Source: Planctomycetaceae bacterium
GTDB lineage: Bacteria > Planctomycetota > Planctomycetia > Pirellulales > Pirellulaceae
Assembly: GCA_002724245.1 (NCBI GenBank)
Contig: PBOG01000271.1
Coordinates: 17,638 to 81,637, forward strand
Reading direction: 5' to 3'
DNA: 64,000 bases
Part shown: one piece after another, positions 37,961 to 46,048 of the stretch
Position numbering within the stretch: the stretch's first letter is position 1
Layout of the letters: each line of letters begins with the position of its first letter
Translations under genes and position numbers: made by a program
The notes under the pieces: generated by a model
The model's database searches: none
What the model was told of the DNA's origin: nothing
Seen by the model: only the letters and a program-made list of their open reading frames with translations

Positions 37961-37992
37961 GACCTGCGAGTCCGCTCGCAGGTCTTTTTTTG
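37961..37992 (+). terminator. Rho-independent terminator downstream of the DUF1501 gene
   Basis: Perfect 10-bp stem gacctgcgag / ctcgcaggtc with tetraloop tccg, followed by a run of seven T. It starts 30 nt after the stop at 37931. Confidence 0.85.
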
Positions 37993-38216
37993 TACCTCCG
38001 GGTCCACGGGATCCCACAATTCCAGACAGACCCGAGCAAATCTCCAGGTTCAACGTGGCAGAACACCCGGCAAGTCACTTTATTGCTGCCCCTCGCATCG
38101 CTCGATCGAAAACGGTCTACTGGTAACTGCTAGGCACTGGTGTCACCTGGTATGGTTTATTTACTGGCCCAAAACGCGATTCCAGCGCGTGTTCCCTGAC
38201 GTACGAATTCAAATCT

Positions 38217-39191
38217 GTGAACGCATCTTCCACAACTCCTCGCTTGCTCGACTACCTGCGACTGTTCCGCATTCCTAATGTGTTTACAGCCATCGCTGAT
38301 ATTGCCATGGGATTTCTGCTCGTTCGCGGAAGTCCTGATCCCGGCATTGCCTTCTTCTTGCTGGCAGGTGCGTCCGCCCTGATTTACACCGCCGGAATGG
38401 TATTGAACGACGTCTTCGACATTGACATTGACCGCCGTGAACGACCTGAACGTCCTCTTCCTGCGGGCAGAATCTCATTGCCGTCTGCCCGGTTTATTGG
38501 CATAGGAATGCTAGCCGGCGGCGTACTCTTGGCGGGTTTGGCAGGCGTCTTCTGTCCAGTCGAAGAAGTACTCGCCTGGCGTCCCGCAGCTGTAGCGCTG
38601 GTCCTGGCGAGCGCTGTGTTACTGTACGACGCCTGGTTAAAGAGAACTCCACTGGGACCGGTGGGAATGGCTGCTTGCCGGTTCCTGAACGTATTGTTAG
38701 GCGCGAGCATCGCAGCACCAGCTACCGATTGGTGGCTTGCCTACTATGGGCCCGCCCCACTCATTGCCGGCGGAGGTCTCGGAATCTATATCATCGGGGT
38801 AACGTGGTTTGCACGCAGTGAAGCTGAAACAAGTCATCGTCTGAGCCTCGCGCTGGCAACACTGGTCATGGTTGCAGGAATTATCACTCTAGGCTTACTA
38901 CACAACACCCTTGAGCGTATTGAGCCTGAGCGAACATTACTACTGGCCAAACAAGGCGGCTGGGTGCTGTTGATGACCCTGTTGACGCTTGTGATATTGC
39001 GACGCTGCCTACTCGCCATCGCAAACCCATCTCCACAGAAAGTGCAATTCGCCGTGAAGAATTGCATCCTCTCCATCATCACGCTTGATGCTGCCATCGT
39101 ATTGGACACCAGCGATGTGTACTGTGCGATTGGTGTGCTGGCCCTGCTTGTACCTACCTTAGTTACAGGTCGCTGGGTCTATTCAACCTGA
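38217..39191 (+). CDS. UbiA-family aromatic prenyltransferase (integral membrane)
   Basis: 324-aa ORF with a GTG start. It has the NDVFDIDIDRRERPERPLPAG (NDxxDxxxD) motif and multiple TM helices. Confidence 0.8.
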   Translation: MNASSTTPRLLDYLRLFRIPNVFTAIADIAMGFLLVRGSPDPGIAFFLLAGASALIYTAGMVLNDVFDIDIDRRERPERPLPAGRISLPSARFIGIGMLAGGVLLAGLAGVFCPVEEVLAWRPAAVALVLASAVLLYDAWLKRTPLGPVGMAACRFLNVLLGASIAAPATDWWLAYYGPAPLIAGGGLGIYIIGVTWFARSEAETSHRLSLALATLVMVAGIITLGLLHNTLERIEPERTLLLAKQGGWVLLMTLLTLVILRRCLLAIANPSPQKVQFAVKNCILSIITLDAAIVLDTSDVYCAIGVLALLVPTLVTGRWVYST

Positions 39192-39275
39192 GCTTGTCTA
39201 TCGCATCGCCCCCCGGTGCGTCATCATCCCAGCCCATAAACCACGTCAGGCTTGATGGATAGCCTGCTGAGACGA

Positions 39276-40913
39276 TCAAGGTACGACCATTTGCACAACC
39301 GGGCTATCGCGGTATCCCAGGCGGCAGGCTTTTACCCGCAGCCGGGTGTTGGAAGAAACTGTGATCGGCTCTGTATAGAGTTTCCACCCACGCTGCCCGG
39401 ACTGATCCGCTCCAATCGCATAGGCAATTGAAGCACCCTTGGTGCGACAAGACACCGTGACCCGGCCATCCTGGGCAGTGATTTGCGGCTGTTCTGTCGT
39501 TCTCCAACGACCTTCTGGTCGCACTACCTCATCGAGAATCGGCTCTGGGATTAAACCCAAATCTCCGGTTTCTCGGGACCAGATGTCGAGCGCCTTGCGC
39601 AGACGCTGTAGCTGACCCTGGAATTGAGGATCCGCTGCTAAATTCCGGATTTCATGTGGATCGGCCTGCGTATCGTAAAGCTCTTCGACCGGTTTAGTAG
39701 AGCGGAAAAACAGCTGCTGGGTAGCGTTCAAATCGCCTGCGACGTGGAGTCGGCGCATTTCGCGCATTGTCGGCATCTGATCCATATAGTCTATGGACTG
39801 GGCGTAGGGAAGTTCAGGCATGAAATTGCGGATGTACTTGAACCGCTTATCCCGGACAGCACGAATAATGTCCCGAGCTTCATCCATGCGATCACGCGCC
39901 GCAAAGATAAACTCACGTTCCGGTGCACGCTCAGGCCCTAAAATCACCTGTCCTTGCATATGGCGGGGCACTGTAACTCCCGCCAGCGACAGGACCGTTG
40001 GTGCCAGATCAAGAAAACAAACCATATCATCGCGGCGCGTATTCGGGACAAGATGTCCCGGCCAACGAACAACCAGGGGCACGCGAATTCCGGAATCGTA
40101 AATCCAACGTTTTGCTCGTGGCAGGCCACGACCGTGGTCACCCCAAAAAAAGACAACCGTCCGATCGGTCAGGCCATCTTGCTTCAGATCCCGCAGGATC
40201 TTTCCAACTCGTCGGTCTGTCGCAGTGATCAGATCAGCATAATGTGCCCAATCACTTCGCGTCACAGGAGTATCAGGATAGTAGGGAGGAACCTGTGCCT
40301 GATCAGGGTCATGCCGCTTTTCAGGTGGCAGTGAAGAACGCAACCTCTGGTAGGCCGCTTCCGGTTGTCGAATACGACTCTCGTGCGTACTGGTCAAATT
40401 AATGACACAAAAAAAGGGGGTCTTGTCGTCCGGTCGGTTACGCCAATGCGCGCCCCGTCGGTTGTCGTCCCAAGCCGTGAGTGGCGCCGCAAACTGATAA
40501 TCCGTTTTTGAATCGTTCGTGCAATAGTATCCAGCCGCGCGCAGGTACTCGGTAAAACAACGTACATATTCCGGAGGTACACCATTGGCCCGCATATGCT
40601 GCGTGCCAATCGTGGTGGGATACATCCCGGTGATCACACCCGACCGTGTCGGGGCGCACACACCAGAATGAGAGAAGGCATTGGTAAACAATACACCTTG
40701 TCGTGCCAGGCGATCGATGTGCGGCGTAATCGCGTAAGAATCACCGTAACAGCCCAAATCGGGACTGATATCCTCAAGACTGATCCACAGGATATTGGGG
40801 CGTTGCGCAATCTTCTGGCGCGCTGCTGTCCTTTCCTCTCCCAACCCATACCCACACAGGAAGCAACTCAAGACCAGACCTATCTGCAACCCCAGCCATC
40901 TACGTTTCTTCAT
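39276..40913 (-). CDS. Formylglycine-dependent sulfatase (arylsulfatase A family)
   Basis: The ORF runs to 40958, but ATG 40913 gives the MKKRRWLGLQ signal peptide. The active-site motif is SGVCAPTRSG (CxPxR). Confidence 0.9.
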   Translation of the reverse strand: MKKRRWLGLQIGLVLSCFLCGYGLGEERTAARQKIAQRPNILWISLEDISPDLGCYGDSYAITPHIDRLARQGVLFTNAFSHSGVCAPTRSGVITGMYPTTIGTQHMRANGVPPEYVRCFTEYLRAAGYYCTNDSKTDYQFAAPLTAWDDNRRGAHWRNRPDDKTPFFCVINLTSTHESRIRQPEAAYQRLRSSLPPEKRHDPDQAQVPPYYPDTPVTRSDWAHYADLITATDRRVGKILRDLKQDGLTDRTVVFFWGDHGRGLPRAKRWIYDSGIRVPLVVRWPGHLVPNTRRDDMVCFLDLAPTVLSLAGVTVPRHMQGQVILGPERAPEREFIFAARDRMDEARDIIRAVRDKRFKYIRNFMPELPYAQSIDYMDQMPTMREMRRLHVAGDLNATQQLFFRSTKPVEELYDTQADPHEIRNLAADPQFQGQLQRLRKALDIWSRETGDLGLIPEPILDEVVRPEGRWRTTEQPQITAQDGRVTVSCRTKGASIAYAIGADQSGQRGWKLYTEPITVSSNTRLRVKACRLGYRDSPVVQMVVP

Positions 40914-40971
40914 CACTGCATTCCATCCAGGAAAGTCACTTCTTGAAAGAACAAGCACGTGCAGAAGTCGA

Positions 40972-41814
40972 TCATTGCGATCGCATCAAAGAGAGTTCGG
41001 TGAACTGGCGGACGCGTTCTTCGATCGCGGGCTCCACAGGTAGCCGTTCCATACTGCTCGCGCCATAAAATCCACTGATACCTTCAGTCTGATCAAGAAT
41101 GTACTGAGCATCCTCCGGTTCGGCGATGGGACCTCCATGACAGAGAACCAGAATATCAGGATTGATTCGTTTCGCAGCGTCGTGCATTTCCTGCACAAGA
41201 CGAACTGCTTCTTCGAGCGTCAAGGCAGTCTCCGCGCCAATGGTCCCCTTGGTCGTCAAACCCATATGTGGAATCAAAATATCAGCTCCGGCAGTAGCTA
41301 ACGCTGCCGCCTGGTCACAATCAAAACAATAAGGCGTCGTCAGCAGGCCCATCTGGTGTGCTGTACGAATCATGTCCACTTCGGGACCAAATCCCATACC
41401 TGTCTCTTCAAGGTTTTGCCGAAAGCGGCCGTCAATCAGCCCCACTGTGGGAAAATTCTGTACCCCAGAAAACCCCGCCTGATCAACCTGTCGCAGAAAC
41501 AACTTCATCACTCGAAAAGGATCTGTTCCACAAATACCCGCCAGTACAGGCGTGTGAGTGACCACAGGAATCACTTCGCGTGCCATATCCATGACAATCG
41601 CATTGGCATCCCCATAGGGCATCATTCCTGATAAGGATCCACGCCCCCCCATGCGAAACCGGCCAGAGTTGTAGATCACGAGCAGGTCCACACCACCCGC
41701 TTCCGACATCTTCGCACTCAACCCGGTCCCGGCTCCACCGCCAACAATGGGCTTACCAGCCGCGAGTTTGGCACGCATTCGATCGAGAATTGCATCCCTT
41801 GAAAACAAACCCAT
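40972..41814 (-). CDS. Phosphoenolpyruvate-hydrolase-like TIM-barrel protein (Tm-1 C-terminal-domain homologue)
   Basis: 280-aa ORF with the family-typical N-terminus (...[37 protein letters not shown]). It lies immediately downstream of a UPF0261 gene, the usual partner. Confidence 0.8.
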   Translation of the reverse strand: MGLFSRDAILDRMRAKLAAGKPIVGGGAGTGLSAKMSEAGGVDLLVIYNSGRFRMGGRGSLSGMMPYGDANAIVMDMAREVIPVVTHTPVLAGICGTDPFRVMKLFLRQVDQAGFSGVQNFPTVGLIDGRFRQNLEETGMGFGPEVDMIRTAHQMGLLTTPYCFDCDQAAALATAGADILIPHMGLTTKGTIGAETALTLEEAVRLVQEMHDAAKRINPDILVLCHGGPIAEPEDAQYILDQTEGISGFYGASSMERLPVEPAIEERVRQFTELSLMRSQ

Positions 41815-41865
41815 TGCTCAGGCTCCTCGCACCGGCTAGTCCTATTCTGGTAATGCACGGCAAGC

Positions 41866-43089
41866 TCAGTCAGTTTGGTCAAGTTGTTCGGACTGGATCA
41901 TCCCCAACAAGTGCTCCGCCGCGGCCACCGCAAACAGTTCGTCATTAATATGATGATCCAACTCGAGCACTGGTACACCAGCGGCATGTTCTTTGATTGT
42001 GTCGAACAACGCCTGGCGAGCCATCAAATCCTCAAACGGCTGTCCCTCAGCATCGATCGCCGACACACCTCGCAACGGCAACAAGATGGCCACTGGGCCC
42101 TTGGCGTCAGAAACTTTCCTGGCAATGTCAGCACCCACACGCTGATTCTCAGAAATAGTTGTCCGCATCAGCGTCACGGTGGGATTGTGGTGGTAAAAAG
42201 TACGCCCAGAAAACTCCGCAGGAATCGTTTCTGGAGGGCCAAAATTGACCATATCAGTCGCACCCACGGAAATGACCTGTGGAATGCCGTGTCGAGCGGC
42301 TGCGGTGAGTCGATTTGGACCGGCCGATAGAATGCCGCCAACCAATTCATCTGCCAGTTCGGTCGTCGTTAAATCGAGAACGCCAAGAAGCAACCCTTCC
42401 TCGATCAATGACTCCATGGCCTGCCCGCCGTTACCAGTCGCGTGGAAAACTAATACTTCGTAACCGGCGTCTTCCAGTACGGCACGTGCCCGTTCAACAC
42501 AAGGAGTCGTCACGCCAAACATCGTAGCTGCCACCAGGGGTCGGTCTCGCGTCGTAAAGGAGGTTTGCTGCTGCACCATCCCGGCCATCGCCGCGGCCGC
42601 ATTCGTCAGCACTTGTCGACTGATTCGATTGATTCCGGCAAGATCAACCACCGAATTAAGCATCAGGATATCTTTGTCCGCCACATAGGGTCGGACCTGC
42701 CCTGACGCAAGAGTACTCACCATTAATTTGGGAATCCCCAGGGGCAGAACTCGCATTGCGGCAGTACCGATCGTCGTACCAGCTGAACCTCCCAATGCCA
42801 GGACACCCTGCACGGGATTGCGGTGATGCGCGTTCTTGACGATTTGCGCTGCCCCACGCGCAGCGGCTGTGACCGCAGCTCCCCGATCGTTGGCCACCAC
42901 CAGCTCATGATGAGTAGTGCCAGCCGCCGCAAATACCTCCTCGCGGGAAATGTCCGCCGCCACGGTCGGTGTTCCCAGGCAACCCACATCAACCAGGCAA
43001 ACCTGGATACCGAGTGCCTGCAAACGTTCGCGCAACAACTGCGTTTCCGGTCCCTTGGTATCCAAGGTTGCCAACAGGAACACCGTCAT
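41866..43089 (-). CDS. UPF0261 family protein (Tm-1 N-terminal-domain homologue)
   Basis: 407-aa ORF. MTVFLLATLDTKGPE is the characteristic UPF0261 start. Confidence 0.8.
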   Translation of the reverse strand: MTVFLLATLDTKGPETQLLRERLQALGIQVCLVDVGCLGTPTVAADISREEVFAAAGTTHHELVVANDRGAAVTAAARGAAQIVKNAHHRNPVQGVLALGGSAGTTIGTAAMRVLPLGIPKLMVSTLASGQVRPYVADKDILMLNSVVDLAGINRISRQVLTNAAAAMAGMVQQQTSFTTRDRPLVAATMFGVTTPCVERARAVLEDAGYEVLVFHATGNGGQAMESLIEEGLLLGVLDLTTTELADELVGGILSAGPNRLTAAARHGIPQVISVGATDMVNFGPPETIPAEFSGRTFYHHNPTVTLMRTTISENQRVGADIARKVSDAKGPVAILLPLRGVSAIDAEGQPFEDLMARQALFDTIKEHAAGVPVLELDHHINDELFAVAAAEHLLGMIQSEQLDQTD

Positions 43090-43219
43090 CGCTTCGCCTA
43101 TTCAGGACCCAGAAGTGACGTCAGAAAAACACGTCCGCGAACGCGACAAACCACCACCGCGTTGGCGCCAGCGACTCACAACTTATCCCGTATTGCCCGC
43201 CAGAACGCCAGTTAGCCAA

Positions 43220-44017
43220 TCAATAGCGGGCCACATCCCGCGCACCCTCTTCCGGAAAGACTGCTTGCACCACTTCTTGTGCCTTGGCAGTCATCATTCT
43301 CAAATCGCTGCCAATCGCCAGGAACTGCATACCTTGCTGTGCGCGATCCAGAGCGGACTGCTCATCCATCGCATGGATCCCGGTAGGGGTCCCTACCTGT
43401 TTGCCAACTTCGATCACGCGCTGGATCGCTGCTTCATGTGCATCCGGAGTTGGAAAAGTTCCATCCTCTTCGCGCATCTGGAAACGCAAATCATTCGGCC
43501 CAATGAAGATCGCATCGCAACCTGGCAAGCTATAGATCTCTGGGGCGTTCTCGACTCCCTGTGGACTCTCGGTCTGAAGAACCACCAGAATTTCATCGTT
43601 TGCTCGTTCGTAGTAATCGCCAGCGGTTGCAGAGAAGTTCATGGAATGCATCCCGCCACCTACGCTACGATTTCCAGTCGGCGGGTACTTGGCAGCCGCG
43701 ATCGCGATGCGCGCCTGCTCTACGGTGTCAACCATCGGCACCACGATCCCCCACGCTCCCGCGTCAAGCACGCGCTTAATGTAGTGGTGGGTGCCCTCAG
43801 GAACACGCGCCAAGGGAACACACCCAGCATCCGCAATCGCTCCAAAAATCGTTGTCGCCTGCTTCCAGTCGATTGCCGAGTGCTCAATATCGAGCGTCAT
43901 CCAGTCAAATCCCAAACGAGCTAGTACGCGAGTCGCATACAAGTCCCCCAAAGATAGCCATGTACCGAACGTCGGTTCGCCTTGCTCTAGCTTCCGCTTG
44001 ACAGGATTTGTTTTCAT
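43220..44017 (-). CDS. HpcH/HpaI-family aldolase
   Basis: The ORF runs to 44077, but ATG 44017 gives [22 protein letters not shown], a typical HpaI-like start. It has DIEHS and ...VPMV... motifs. Confidence 0.85.
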   Translation of the reverse strand: MKTNPVKRKLEQGEPTFGTWLSLGDLYATRVLARLGFDWMTLDIEHSAIDWKQATTIFGAIADAGCVPLARVPEGTHHYIKRVLDAGAWGIVVPMVDTVEQARIAIAAAKYPPTGNRSVGGGMHSMNFSATAGDYYERANDEILVVLQTESPQGVENAPEIYSLPGCDAIFIGPNDLRFQMREEDGTFPTPDAHEAAIQRVIEVGKQVGTPTGIHAMDEQSALDRAQQGMQFLAIGSDLRMMTAKAQEVVQAVFPEEGARDVARY

Positions 44018-44227
44018 CCGATGGATCTCTACTCTTGAATTCTTGGTGTGATATGCTGGGCCTGCTGCAACGGGCATGACAGGGCTCGCATTCTAGCACT
44101 TCAAACGGCACAGACCCACTGGGGGCAGCGCGCCGCAACAAGACGCGCAAACAACGCAACCACTTCATTGGCGACTCACCTTTGTCACCAATGAAGTGGT
44201 TGGGCAACACCGGAGAGACAGGCTGCC

Positions 44228-45877
44228 ATGAAACCGCTCGTTCATTACTGGTATGTGTTCGTCGTCGCGTTGGCCACCGTATCTGACGGCTTCGGTGAAG
44301 ACACACCGCCGCAGTTTCCCCACTACATCGAACCGCAGGGCATTTCAGGATCGCTGGTAATCGCCGGGGGTGGTGAACTAGACAAGAGCCTCCTCCAGCG
44401 ATTTGTCAAACTGGCCGGAGGCAACGAAGCGCATCTCGTGCTGATACCAACCGCCAGTCAGCGGGCAGATGATGAGGGATATCTCGCTACGCTCTCGCAG
44501 AAGTGGCAGCGTCTCACGCCTGCATCTGTAACGGTATTACATACGAGATCACGGGACATCGCAAATCGTGAGTCGTTCAGCGCGATACTGCAGAACGCTA
44601 CGGGCGTCTGGATCGGTGGTGGCAGTCAAACACGAGTCACGGATGTCTATCTCAACACGCCTGTCGAGCGTGAACTCTACGCATTACTCGCGCGCGGTGG
44701 CGTGATCGGAGGAAGTTCTGCGGGAGCTGCTGTACAGTCTCGACTCATGATTGCGCGCGGATCACCTGTTGCAGAAATCGCAACGGGTTTTGCGTTCCTG
44801 CCCGGAAGCGTAATCGACCAGCATTTCCTGGCGCGTAAACGACAACCGCGACTTCTGAACGTCCTCAACAAACATCCCCAAATGATCGGTTTGGGAGTAG
44901 ACGAGGGCACTGCATTGGTCGTGACCAACCGCCGCATGGAGGTTATGGGTCGTTCCACAGTAACGGTTTGTTTCGCCAGAACCCAATACCACGAAACCAA
45001 AACTCTGGAACTCAAGTCCAGAGCGGTGGCCGACCTGACCGCTCTCCGCAGACAAGCTGCCAATCGACTCCATCCGCCGTTTCCAGCAGCCAGTCCAAGA
45101 CCAGCACAGCTAGCTTACGGATCTCTTGTGATTGTTGGTGGAGGAGTTCTCGACTCGGTGGCGGAACGTTTTCTCGAACTGGCCGGCGGCAAGAACCAAA
45201 CGATCGTCGTGCTGCCGACTGCAGTTCCCAATCCCCGCGGCAGTCGCGATGCCGATCGGTTTCGTCGTCTGGGCGCACGTGACGTACGAGTGCTGAAGCA
45301 GCGTTCGCGGACCGAGGTCGAATCCAAAGAGTACCTGGCAACCCTTCGTCAAGCCGGCGGAGTCTGGTTCAGCGGTGGCCGGCAATGGCGCTTTGTCGAT
45401 GCCTATTATGGAACACGTGCGCTGGAAGAATTTCATGCCGTATTGCGACGTGGTGGCGCGATTGGTGGCAGTTCCGCCGGAGCATCGATTCAGGCAGAAT
45501 TCCTGGCGCGCGGCAATCCGCTGGGCAACCGAGACATTATCGCTGCGGGATACGAGCGGGGATTCGGATTTCTTCCAGGGACCGCAATCGACCAGCATTT
45601 CACACAAAGAAAACGGTTTGCGGACATGACCCAGCTGACACAAGCGCATCCCCAATTACTGGGAATCGGTATCGATGAGCAAACCGCACTCGTCGTCCAG
45701 GGCGACGTAGGTGAAGTTCTCGGAAAGCACTCCGTTCATTTCTACAACCGCAAGGACATCGCAGCCTCGGATCAACAGGATTATGTCAGCGTCAAAGCAG
45801 GTGGCAAATATGATTTGCGCCGCCGCACACGACTCTCAGACACAAACTCCGCGATACAACCGTCAGGTTCAAATTAG
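44228..45877 (+). CDS. Secreted protein with two tandem S51 (cyanophycinase-like) peptidase domains
   Basis: 549-aa ORF with a signal peptide. It contains two ~250-aa repeats, each with GSLVI.GGG..., GGSSAGA (nucleophile Ser context) and IDQHF (His context). Confidence 0.75.
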   Translation: MKPLVHYWYVFVVALATVSDGFGEDTPPQFPHYIEPQGISGSLVIAGGGELDKSLLQRFVKLAGGNEAHLVLIPTASQRADDEGYLATLSQKWQRLTPASVTVLHTRSRDIANRESFSAILQNATGVWIGGGSQTRVTDVYLNTPVERELYALLARGGVIGGSSAGAAVQSRLMIARGSPVAEIATGFAFLPGSVIDQHFLARKRQPRLLNVLNKHPQMIGLGVDEGTALVVTNRRMEVMGRSTVTVCFARTQYHETKTLELKSRAVADLTALRRQAANRLHPPFPAASPRPAQLAYGSLVIVGGGVLDSVAERFLELAGGKNQTIVVLPTAVPNPRGSRDADRFRRLGARDVRVLKQRSRTEVESKEYLATLRQAGGVWFSGGRQWRFVDAYYGTRALEEFHAVLRRGGAIGGSSAGASIQAEFLARGNPLGNRDIIAAGYERGFGFLPGTAIDQHFTQRKRFADMTQLTQAHPQLLGIGIDEQTALVVQGDVGEVLGKHSVHFYNRKDIAASDQQDYVSVKAGGKYDLRRRTRLSDTNSAIQPSGSN

Positions 45878-46048
45878 CGGCGCGGCAGAAGCAGGAACCC
45901 AGCCGCAACAGAGCAAATCCGTCCTGTGCGCCAGGCCTGGCCCCAGCCAACCCATCATCGCAGCCAATCTACGCGAACGTTCACGAAACGACGCCGCGTC
46001 ACGCGCGTAAAGATCCACCTGTTGTGACGACGTTTCACGCATGACTGG

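Noticed and set aside
42917-43924. 335-aa plus-strand ORF
   Set aside because: It lies antisense to the HpcH aldolase and the UPF0261 5' end. Its composition is Arg/Ser/Pro/His-rich and low in complexity, with no recognisable motif. The opposite strand encodes clear family signatures. It is a typical shadow ORF of GC-rich DNA.
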